Shown here: piece after piece, positions 1 to 7,524 of the stretch
Layout: each line of letters starts with the position of its first letter
Position numbering within the stretch: position 1 is the stretch's first letter
Virus record (IMG/VR): IMGVR_UViG_3300044641_004856
Span: 1 to 64,000 of that record
DNA length: 64,000 nucleotides
DNA from: a virus
Reading direction: 5' to 3' (one strand)
Notes under the pieces: generated by a model
Database searches by the model: none
Told to the model about the DNA's origin: nothing
Seen by the model: the letters and a program-made list of their open reading frames with translations, nothing else
Translations under genes and position numbers: made by a program

Positions 1-1
1 T

Positions 2-196
2 GGTACAGGGTTTGTTGGTAATGGTTTCTATTGGGGAATGTATCCCACATCTACAAACTCAACAAGTGGTTACGGTGGATACTTAACTACCGTTCAAAAC
101 CCACCCGTCTCAGACTCAGACAGGGGTGCTTCAGTAACAGGAGATGCCTCTGGTTCCCTAGGTGCTGGTGACGTTGGTGGAAGCGGTGGCTTTTAA
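2..196 (+). CDS. 3' end of a Gly/Ser-rich hypothetical protein (truncated by window start)
   Basis: Open frame GTGFVGNGFYWGMYPTS...GGSGGF ending TAA at 194-196; translated by hand. Confidence 0.6.
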   Translation, partial: GTGFVGNGFYWGMYPTSTNSTSGYGGYLTTVQNPPVSDSDRGASVTGDASGSLGAGDVGGSGGF

Positions 197-197
197 A

Positions 198-280
198 TAG
201 GTCCCTGGTTTCTCCCCGAAAGACGTATAAGCACGCCGAAAAACCAAGGACCTAACTTCTTTTAGCGGAAGCACTAAAAG
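198..280 (-). ncRNA. Candidate structured small RNA, antisense to the gene flow
   Basis: 14-bp outer stem, inner stem GGCGUG-cuua-UACGUC and a separate CUUUUAG/CUAAAAG hairpin; three G-U pairs form only on the minus strand. Confidence 0.4.
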
Positions 281-307
281 ATTATCATACTTCTTTTGCC
301 AAGGCAG

Positions 308-337
308 TTGACTCAAGTCATTTAGTCAGGTTATTCT
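308..337 (+). promoter_or_regulatory. SigA-like promoter giving a leaderless mRNA for the lipoprotein
   Basis: TTGACT-18 nt-TATTCT, then 6 nt to ATG 344; no SD; palindrome TGACT-ca-AGTCA overlaps the -35. Confidence 0.6.
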
Positions 338-343
338 GCTGCT

Positions 344-628
344 ATGACTATAAACCCGAAATTAGTTATACCCCTATTAGTTCTACCCCTATTAACTGGG
401 TGTTCAATGAATGCCCCTATGGACATAACAGTCCCAGTCGATGTACACGACAACACTTTTAATAATGGTCCTGGAACAAGTCTTCCAAATGGAAACAATG
501 GTCAGACCACTATTGAAAATCCTATAGACGATGTAGACCCAAATGCACCACAAGATATTCCAGATGCATGGAGTGAAGATAGCGTAGACACTCCAGAACC
601 AATTCCGTTACCAACCCCACAAGGTTAA
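344..628 (+). CDS. Small lipoprotein with acidic, Pro-rich disordered tail
   Basis: Basic N-terminus, hydrophobic stretch and lipobox LLTGC. Confidence 0.75.
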   Translation: MTINPKLVIPLLVLPLLTGCSMNAPMDITVPVDVHDNTFNNGPGTSLPNGNNGQTTIENPIDDVDPNAPQDIPDAWSEDSVDTPEPIPLPTPQG

Positions 629-631
629 TTT

Positions 632-672
632 AAATAACTTGTAGGTTTAACTCACCTACAAGTTATTTTTTT
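632..672 (+). terminator. Intrinsic terminator
   Basis: AAATAACTTGTAGGT-7 nt-ACCTACAAGTTATTT followed by a T run. Confidence 0.75.
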
Positions 673-761
673 GCTTCAATTAGGTTCTAACTTACACAAT
701 ATGTAACTTAATTCTTAGCACTAACTCGACACTACGCACATTAGTCGAGGGAGTTTTTTAA

Positions 762-3200
762 TTGCTGAAGAGAGCAATCGCGGTATTTTTTACTACCGCC
801 CTATTTGTATTTATCTACTCCATTTTAGGTATTGATACCGCTTCTGCAGAAGAACCTGTAGTAGTTCAAACTACTCCTGCATCGGATACAGTTCTTGCTC
901 AAATCGATACAGCAACAGCCGTTATAGCAGTTGCTCAAGAAAAAATAGTCAGTGCTAACACAGAAGTAACAGCAGCAGCATCAACCCTCAATACAGCAAC
1001 CACAACTGCTGCTCCTTCTGTTGTTGCAGAACCTACTGTAGTTGCTGCTGTTGAGACAGCACAAACTGCTGTAGTAGAAGCAAAGACTGCTGTAGTCGCT
1101 GCAGAATCAGCAACAGCCGTAGCAGTGACCGCAGTAGCAGCAGTTGAGTCACAAACAGCAGTAGTAGCCGTAGTAACGCAGGACGTTACTACTGCAACCG
1201 CAGTTGTTGCTACAGCCACAGCAGCAGTTGAGTCACAAACAGCAGTAGTAGCAGTTGCAACAACTAACCTAACTAATGCTCAAACTACACTGACCGCTCT
1301 TCAGAATACCCCTTCAGATAGCAAAACCTATACAACCGAAGGCTATGTAGCCCCTGTTGCTCCTGAAACCCCAACAGTTACTACAACAACGCTTCCAGTC
1401 ATGTACGACGGCTTTACAAAAATTAACACGCCTTTTGACATAAAAATGGGTAACACAGTTTATGAAGGTCAAGGAACAAACAGCCAAATTTATGTGACTT
1501 CAAAAGCAACTATTACCTTTGGTAATGGCGACTATAACTGGTGGGATTTTCCAGCAGGAGCACATATCTCAGTCTTTGGTAGCGACTTTCAAAGTGCTGG
1601 ACCTAACTCATCTACAGTAGTAAAGACTACTGAAACTACTCTAGAAGTTGACTGGAATCTACATAGATTTGCAGACCCAAATAGCCCTATTACAAATGTA
1701 AATTGGAAGATGACAGTCAATCCAACAACAGGGGAATGGACTGGTGTAGGAACCGTTGCGGGAAACACAACACAACTGCATAACGGTCCTCGTATTGGTG
1801 TTCGTGAAGCAGCAGGTCAAGCAGTAAAGCCAATGACTAATGTAACCAATGAAACTTTAACGGCTCAAATTGAAAGCCAAACAGCAGTAGTCGCTGATAA
1901 AACAGAAGTTAAAGCGGTTGAAGTTGCTGTGCTTACGTCTCTTACAGAAGTGAAAACAACAGCAGAGACAGCACTTGCAACAACTCAGACCACACTAACA
2001 GCAGAAACTCAAACACTAAGCACTCTCCAATCGACAAAAGAAGTAGCAGTTGCTACTGCCAGTACGTTAGCAGATGTAGCAGTTGTTAAAGCAGAGGTCG
2101 CTACTTCCACAGTCGCTTCTGCCGTTGCCGTAATTGCTTCAGTTGTGCAGTCCCAAGTCGTTCCGCCCACTCCCGCTCCCACTCCCGCACCAGAACCAGA
2201 GCCACAACCACTCCCACAACCACAGCCAGAGCCAACCCCACCAACACCCCAAGAACCAAACCCTGTAACACCTGAACCTCCTGCTCCTGAACCAGAGCCA
2301 GAGCCTACACCAGAGGAACCTCCTGCTGAAGAGCCACCTGCTGAGGAACCACCAGCAGAAGAGCCACCAGCAGAAGAACCTCCTGCTGAGGAACCACCAG
2401 CAGAAGAACCTCCTGCTGAAGAACCTCCTGCTGAAGAACCACCAGCAGAAGAACCTCCTGCTGAAGAACCTCCTGCTGAAGAGCCACCAGCAGAAGAGCC
2501 ACCAGCAGAAGAACCTCCTGCTGAAGAGCCACCAGCAGAAGAACCTCCTGCTGAAGAAACTACTGCCGAAGAGGTAGAGGCTGTTGTTGATGACCTTCTT
2601 TCTGATGGCAAGTTATCTGCTGCTGATGCAGATGAAGTTCTTGATGCTTTAAATGCCGATGGCGAAATCTCTAAAGAAGAAGTGAACTCTTTATCAGAAG
2701 CACTTGCTGCAGATGGAAACCTTACTAATGCAGAAAAAGAACTTGTTGCAGAAGCATTGGTTGAATCTGTTGCAGCAGGAGAAACTCTTACATCAGAACA
2801 AATACAAGAGGCTGGAATTGAGTTTAAAGACTTACCAGCAGAAACTCCTGTTGATGTTAGAACTGACGAAAATGGAAATGCTGTCATAATTACTGCAGAA
2901 GTTGCTGCTGCACTTGTCGTGCTAGAAAATCCCGCAGAACTAATTGGTGCACTATTTGAAGACCCAGGTCAAGTGTTACTTGCATTGGGCAGCATTGGTG
3001 CTGACATGTCAGAAGAAGAACGTGAAGAAGCAACTGACATGGTTGTTGCCACTGTAGTTGCAGCAGGTGCTGCTATGAACGCCGTTGGTGCTGCAGCAGG
3101 TGCTGCTGGTTCTACTGGTGGTTCTACTGGTGGCGGAGGAAGTTCTGGTGGCGGAGGTCCATCAGGTGATAGTAAAGGTGTTAGGAGACGGAAACCTTGA
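762..3200 (+). CDS. Large exported, probably membrane-anchored surface protein (Ala/Val/Thr helical stalk, globular head, Pro/Glu repeats, acidic C-terminal region)
   Basis: Signal peptide ending ASA-EE; heptad-like A/V/T segments flank a ~170 aa beta-rich domain; (EEPPA)16; C-terminal hydrophobic stretch then RRRKP. Confidence 0.75.
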   Translation: MLKRAIAVFFTTALFVFIYSILGIDTASAEEPVVVQTTPASDTVLAQIDTATAVIAVAQEKIVSANTEVTAAASTLNTATTTAAPSVVAEPTVVAAVETAQTAVVEAKTAVVAAESATAVAVTAVAAVESQTAVVAVVTQDVTTATAVVATATAAVESQTAVVAVATTNLTNAQTTLTALQNTPSDSKTYTTEGYVAPVAPETPTVTTTTLPVMYDGFTKINTPFDIKMGNTVYEGQGTNSQIYVTSKATITFGNGDYNWWDFPAGAHISVFGSDFQSAGPNSSTVVKTTETTLEVDWNLHRFADPNSPITNVNWKMTVNPTTGEWTGVGTVAGNTTQLHNGPRIGVREAAGQAVKPMTNVTNETLTAQIESQTAVVADKTEVKAVEVAVLTSLTEVKTTAETALATTQTTLTAETQTLSTLQSTKEVAVATASTLADVAVVKAEVATSTVASAVAVIASVVQSQVVPPTPAPTPAPEPEPQPLPQPQPEPTPPTPQEPNPVTPEPPAPEPEPEPTPEEPPAEEPPAEEPPAEEPPAEEPPAEEPPAEEPPAEEPPAEEPPAEEPPAEEPPAEEPPAEEPPAEEPPAEEPPAEEPPAEETTAEEVEAVVDDLLSDGKLSAADADEVLDALNADGEISKEEVNSLSEALAADGNLTNAEKELVAEALVESVAAGETLTSEQIQEAGIEFKDLPAETPVDVRTDENGNAVIITAEVAAALVVLENPAELIGALFEDPGQVLLALGSIGADMSEEEREEATDMVVATVVAAGAAMNAVGAAAGAAGSTGGSTGGGGSSGGGGPSGDSKGVRRRKP
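1136..1252 (+). repeat. 33-bp exact direct repeat, 84 nt (28 codons) apart
   Basis: agcagcagttgagtcacaaacagcagtagtagc at 1136-1168 and 1220-1252. Confidence 0.85.
2313..2552 (+). repeat. Coding tandem repeat, 16 x 15 bp (EEPPA)
   Basis: gar gar ccw ccw gcw repeated 16 times, varying only at synonymous positions. Confidence 0.95.
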
Positions 3201-3364
3201 AAATAATTAAGGACATGATTGACCAACTATGGACACTTTTAGGCATGTTTATTGCCTGGGTAGTCCTTGATGGAAGTGCCAAAACCATTGTTGGCTACGC
3301 TATTGTTGGAACACTTCTTGCTTGGGCTATCACTTACCCAATCAGAAACCGAGAAGACGACTAA
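3197..3364 (+). CDS. 55-aa two-TM membrane protein (missing from ORF track), coupled to the upstream gene
   Basis: TTG overlaps the upstream TGA; AGGAG upstream; MKIIKDMIDQLWTLLGMFIAWVVLDGSAKTIVGYAIVGTLLAWAITYPIRNREDD. Confidence 0.75.
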   Translation: MKIIKDMIDQLWTLLGMFIAWVVLDGSAKTIVGYAIVGTLLAWAITYPIRNREDD

Positions 3365-3398
3365 AATATCAATAGTGTCTATCTGACACATTTAGGAG

Positions 3399-3686
3399 AT
3401 GTACATGAATAAAGCAGCACTCGAATCGTACTTACGCAATTTACTTGGTCAAGTAATTGCAGCAGTAATGATTGTTATGCAAACAAGCAACGCAGCAACA
3501 CCTTTGGACTTTGGACAATCTGAATGGCTACTCGTAGCAAACGCTCTATGGGGTTCACTAATCCCAACAGCACTACGTTGGGCTAATAAGAAGGACCCAG
3601 CCTTTGGTCGTCTTGCAGAAGTTGCAGCAAAAGAAGTTTCAAAAAAACTTGCTACAAAGCCAGTAAAGTCAGTTAAAAAGAAGTAA
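3399..3686 (+). CDS. Putative holin
   Basis: 95 aa, two hydrophobic helices, Lys-rich C-terminus, AGGAG RBS. Confidence 0.55.
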   Translation: MYMNKAALESYLRNLLGQVIAAVMIVMQTSNAATPLDFGQSEWLLVANALWGSLIPTALRWANKKDPAFGRLAEVAAKEVSKKLATKPVKSVKKK

Positions 3687-3706
3687 CTACAAAAAGGACC
3701 CTAGAA

Positions 3707-4075
3707 ATGTCGAAGATAGAAACTATTTCAATTCTTGTTGGAATCGCGTTAGGAGGCGGGGCAATTCTAGGGTTCTTTATAAACAAACTTAATAAGTTGT
3801 TTGCAACGTGGGGAAAATTTATTAGAGACTGGGAAGGGGAAGAGGCTTCTGAAGGTAGAGATGCTGTTCCAGGGGTTATGGCTCGTCTTAATAAACTTGA
3901 TGGCGAACTCTCTCACAATGGAGGTAAGTCTATAAAAGACATGGTTTTCCGCATGGAGGTCAGGCAAGACCGCTTAGAACGTAAGATGGAAGAAGCAGAG
4001 ATTGTCCGCCAACAGAATCAAGTTATTTTACTTGAAGCAATAAAGACGCTTAACACACAAATACAGCCAAAGTAG
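3707..4075 (+). CDS. Single-TM membrane protein of actinophage lysis cassettes (DUF2746-like)
   Basis: N-terminal TM, ELSHNGGKSIKD motif, C-terminal coiled coil. Confidence 0.55.
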   Translation: MSKIETISILVGIALGGGAILGFFINKLNKLFATWGKFIRDWEGEEASEGRDAVPGVMARLNKLDGELSHNGGKSIKDMVFRMEVRQDRLERKMEEAEIVRQQNQVILLEAIKTLNTQIQPK

Positions 4076-4089
4076 GGAAAAATACTCTT

Positions 4090-4692
4090 ATGGCCCTAAA
4101 TCAAATTCAGTTCGGTGCTCCCCCAGGTGGACCAGGAGCAGACATTGTTGCACGTATCGGTGGTCTTGTTAACAAAGGCATCGAAGGCAAAAAAAATTCT
4201 CAAGGTAATGCACAGTCAATTGTTGCACAGCACGTTTTATCTAGTGTTCGTGCCGAAAGACAACACGGTTATGACTTAGAGAAGATGGGTGTAAAGCACT
4301 CACAAACTCGCGAACTTCAAGATGCTGGAGTTGCTGCAAAAGCAGCCTCTGAAAAAGCAGGTCGTCGTCACGAAACACGCATGACAAGGTTAACTCAAGG
4401 ACATGAGATTGCAAAAATGGGAGCAGCCTTCGCTGGCATTGGTCAGTTAAGTGAAAGCGGGAAAGTTGCTGAGTTTAAAATTGGTGACATGAGTGGAAAG
4501 TTTAACGCTCCTCGTGAAACACCAGCACCAGTTGCTATGCCAACTGTTCCAGATACAACACCTCCTCCTGTAACTTCTACACCAAGTGCTTCTGGTGGTC
4601 GCGTAGGACGTGACCCAAAGACAGGTCGTGCCGTAAGTTTAAAGAGTTCAACCCCACCTCCAGCAAAAAGAGCAACGGGTAAAAAGAAGTAG
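4090..4692 (+). CDS. Hypothetical protein (possibly an internal virion protein)
   Basis: 200-aa ORF; helical middle, Pro/Thr linker, basic tail. Confidence 0.6.
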   Translation: MALNQIQFGAPPGGPGADIVARIGGLVNKGIEGKKNSQGNAQSIVAQHVLSSVRAERQHGYDLEKMGVKHSQTRELQDAGVAAKAASEKAGRRHETRMTRLTQGHEIAKMGAAFAGIGQLSESGKVAEFKIGDMSGKFNAPRETPAPVAMPTVPDTTPPPVTSTPSASGGRVGRDPKTGRAVSLKSSTPPPAKRATGKKK

Positions 4693-4694
4693 TA

Positions 4695-4958
4695 ATGGCA
4701 AAATCAGCAGCGTGGCAACGTAAAGAGGGTAAGAACCCAAAAGGCGGTCTTAACGAAAAGGGGCGTAAAGCCTACGAACGTGAGAATCCTGGTTCAGATT
4801 TAAAGCCACCTGTTTCAAGAGAAAGAGCACAACGCTCACCTAAAGACGCATCACGTCGTAAGTCGTTTTGTGCACGTATGGGTGGCATGCCAGGACCAAT
4901 GGAGAAAAACGGAAAACCAACACGTAAGGCACTAGCATTACGTAAGTGGGATTGTTAA
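4695..4958 (+). CDS. DUF6321-like small basic phage protein
   Basis: AWQRKEGKNPKGGLNEKGR...RRKSFCARM...LRKWDC signature. Confidence 0.75.
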   Translation: MAKSAAWQRKEGKNPKGGLNEKGRKAYERENPGSDLKPPVSRERAQRSPKDASRRKSFCARMGGMPGPMEKNGKPTRKALALRKWDC

Positions 4959-4975
4959 TTACTAAGGAGCAATAA

Positions 4976-5275
4976 ATGGCAACTAAAAAAACGCTAGAAA
5001 TTGTTTGCGTTAACTGCAACAAACCAGGCTTTTATCTTTATAAAGTTAATAACGCGGTTCAATATTGGTATTGCCGTCAGTGCCTACCTGGATTTTTGTA
5101 TGCTCAAAGAGACGCTGGTAACTTGGTTACATCCGATGCCTTAGATTCTTTTCAACAAGAAGCAATTGACATTCTAAAGACTGACATCCCTCCATATAAG
5201 GAAGAAGAGGCTCCTGTAAAGGAAACCCCTTCCGCCACAAAAAAGAAAATAGCAGTTGAGCCTGATGAAGAATGA
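4976..5275 (+). CDS. Hypothetical Zn-binding protein
   Basis: CxxC...CxxC; AAGGAG RBS. Confidence 0.65.
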   Translation: MATKKTLEIVCVNCNKPGFYLYKVNNAVQYWYCRQCLPGFLYAQRDAGNLVTSDALDSFQQEAIDILKTDIPPYKEEEAPVKETPSATKKKIAVEPDEE

Positions 5276-5505
5276 AACTTATAAGAAAATTTGCAATACA
5301 GGGACACCCCGTTCCTGCAAGTTCAAGTAGGCCTCTAGGACCCTTTCCCCCTGAAGTTTTAAGTCAACCCCAGGTCGAATACGGTAACGAACATTCGGAC
5401 TCTTTACACGAAGCACTCGATACCGTTCGTCTTTTCAGATGTCGCGACTGTGACGAGGTTCTTTATAGGGACCAACTTGATAACCACACATGTGAGGAAA
5501 TATAA
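5272..5505 (+). CDS. Hypothetical protein with C-terminal zinc finger
   Basis: CRDC...HTC; ATGA overlap with upstream gene. Confidence 0.65.
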   Translation: MKLIRKFAIQGHPVPASSSRPLGPFPPEVLSQPQVEYGNEHSDSLHEALDTVRLFRCRDCDEVLYRDQLDNHTCEEI

Positions 5506-5508
5506 ACA

Positions 5509-6189
5509 ATGGCAACAAATAACAACGGGAATCTTCTTGATTCCGCAGGAGAAGTCGCAATTGATGCGGTGTGGGGCAACATGCCACCACAACCAAACGA
5601 TGTGCGTACAACTCGTCTAGATTTAACACTTGGAGACCACATCAACCTTGAATCAGGTTGGGGCGGATACCCACAGTTCACAGCAGGTTCAACAGGTGCT
5701 GACGTAGTAGGTTCAACTGACTATGTACAGGTTTCTGATGTTCGTGGCTTCACAACAGCACTTGCAGAAGATGCTCTTAGAGACAATGGTCTTACAGTAA
5801 CAACTGCAACAGCAGCAGCAAACTCTAAGACTAACATCACACGCATCAACGCAACAAGTGCAACAGTTGCGGTAGTTTATGCAACAAGTGCAGACACTAA
5901 CTATCCAGTTGGCACAAAGGTTCAAATCTTTGCAGGAACTGCAGCAGCAGAGTCTCCAGTTGCCGTACCAGCAGCCCTAGTTGGCTCTTGGACAGTAACT
6001 GCTAGTGCTTCTGGAAACATTACAATCTCAGGCACAGGATTCTCAGTTGCTGATACCACTGGTATCAATGCAACAGGAACTCTTGCTGGTCTTGCTGGAA
6101 CAATTAAGACTCAATCAATTGCTGGCAATGCTGCAACAACTGCAGTCGGTGCAGCAGTAACAATTACACCTTGGGCAACAGCGTCCTAA
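5509..6189 (+). CDS. Probable virion protein with an interrupted PASTA-like domain
   Basis: VSDVRGFTTALAEDALRDNGLTV ... GTIKTQSIAG..VGAAVTITPW; codon usage resembles the capsid gene. Confidence 0.6.
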   Translation: MATNNNGNLLDSAGEVAIDAVWGNMPPQPNDVRTTRLDLTLGDHINLESGWGGYPQFTAGSTGADVVGSTDYVQVSDVRGFTTALAEDALRDNGLTVTTATAAANSKTNITRINATSATVAVVYATSADTNYPVGTKVQIFAGTAAAESPVAVPAALVGSWTVTASASGNITISGTGFSVADTTGINATGTLAGLAGTIKTQSIAGNAATTAVGAAVTITPWATAS

Positions 6190-6202
6190 TTAAGGAGTAA
6201 TA

Positions 6203-6967
6203 ATGGCTCGGGTTACCTCCACAGGTGGTAGTGACGATAGACAAAGAAATGTTCTACGTGCTAGAACATCTTCTGATGAACTATCAGCATTACTAGACCC
6301 GACCCGCGAACTCTATGGAGTTGGCGAACGAGAAGTAAAAGGCATGGCAAAGATGCTGGGGGTGACTCCACAAACGGGACGTATTAATCCGTTTCAGTCA
6401 CTCCCAGTATCGCCAGGCTCTGAGTTTTATGATGCTATTGAAATTTTTGAGGGCGATGACGAAGAAGAAGCGGGTGAGTTTTATGACCCTACTCGTTACT
6501 CAAACTATGCAGATGAGCCGTTAGATAACTACGATGCTCCTGCACCATTAACCGTATTACCTACATCAACTACTAATTATCAACGTCCTAGAACAGTTGC
6601 TGCAGGATATGACCCAAAGCGTGAAACATTAACCGTTGTCTTTAGAGACGGGTTGTTCTATAACTATTACGATGTTAAGCCATCAACTTGGAGTGCTTTT
6701 AAAGCAACGATTTCTAAAGGGCGTTTTATTCGCCAATACTTAGATAGCCATGCTCGTGGAGATGCTGCTATGGGTCAACTACCTACTTATGCTAGAGAAA
6801 CCCTATATCGAATTGTTCGTACTAATCAGATATACTTTGAAGGTCGTCAAAGTCTTGTACCTACCTCTAAGACTGGTTACGGTGTTACTAAAAAGCCAAG
6901 AACTCAAGCAAATAAGCCTAAAACCACAGCACTAAAATCCAGTCGGGGTAATAAAAAGAAACGGTAA
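6203..6967 (+). CDS. KTSC-domain protein
   Basis: AAGYDPKRETLTVVFRDGLFYNYYDV...F..TISKGRFI motif. Confidence 0.8.
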   Translation: MARVTSTGGSDDRQRNVLRARTSSDELSALLDPTRELYGVGEREVKGMAKMLGVTPQTGRINPFQSLPVSPGSEFYDAIEIFEGDDEEEAGEFYDPTRYSNYADEPLDNYDAPAPLTVLPTSTTNYQRPRTVAAGYDPKRETLTVVFRDGLFYNYYDVKPSTWSAFKATISKGRFIRQYLDSHARGDAAMGQLPTYARETLYRIVRTNQIYFEGRQSLVPTSKTGYGVTKKPRTQANKPKTTALKSSRGNKKKR

Positions 6968-6970
6968 CAA

Positions 6971-7279
6971 ATGCCAAAGGCGCACAACATTGGAACAGAA
7001 CGATTCGTACAAGTTATTAAACAGCCCCTTACGTGGGGTAATAAACTCGTAGTCCATGGCTGGACCCAAGAAATTGAAGAACCATACCGTTTTGCAACTC
7101 CACTTATGGTTAGACTACCCCTAAGCCGTATTCTTGTTTTAGGAAAATGGCAAGGAACAAAGTCTGAAGAAGAAGCACTCAACAGTGCAATTTCGAGAAG
7201 GGATGTAACTTACGATGATTTTAAAGAAGAAAAAGGATGGGTACCAGCCCCAGACGAAGATACAGAAGCGTATATCTAA
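6971..7279 (+). CDS. Hypothetical protein
   Basis: 102-aa ORF in operon context. Confidence 0.65.
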   Translation: MPKAHNIGTERFVQVIKQPLTWGNKLVVHGWTQEIEEPYRFATPLMVRLPLSRILVLGKWQGTKSEEEALNSAISRRDVTYDDFKEEKGWVPAPDEDTEAYI

Positions 7280-7445
7280 GTTACCTACTCCAGAGTTAAT
7301 TGGATGGGTTGAGGCTTCTTTATTTGCTATAGGCAGAGATACTTTTGCTTGGCAGAAGTCAAACGAATCAGTATTGCTAGATGAGTTAGAAATGGGTGCA
7401 GAAGCACTTTTAGAAATCATGCGAGAATTAAAGAGAAGGTCGTAA
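7215..7445 (+). CDS. Hypothetical helical protein
   Basis: 76-aa ORF overlapping the upstream gene and filling the gap before terL. Confidence 0.6.
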   Translation: MILKKKKDGYQPQTKIQKRISKLPTPELIGWVEASLFAIGRDTFAWQKSNESVLLDELEMGAEALLEIMRELKRRS

Positions 7446-7489
7446 CTTAGTGATAGAATTAACCGTCTCCCTCTCTCAGACGCGGGGTT

Positions 7490-7515
7490 GCCCACTTCGG
7501 TGGGCTTCTCTGTTT
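7490..7515 (+). terminator. Terminator-like hairpin just upstream of terL
   Basis: GCCCAC-TTCG-GTGGGC followed by TTCTCTGTTT. Confidence 0.55.
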
Positions 7516-7524
7516 AGGAACTAA

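Noticed and set aside
198-254. Hammerhead ribozyme or tRNA reading of the multi-stem element
   Set aside because: No CUGANGA core and no T-loop or cloverleaf pattern on either strand
2313-2552. Possible CRISPR or mini-array
   Set aside because: Repeats are contiguous, in frame and synonymous-variable, with no unique spacers; no array seen elsewhere in the window
2009-2887. 292-aa minus-strand ORF with AGGSS repeats (also 935-1219 and 2305-2532)
   Set aside because: Shadow of the plus-strand EEPPA and Ala/Val repeats; no RBS or independent signal
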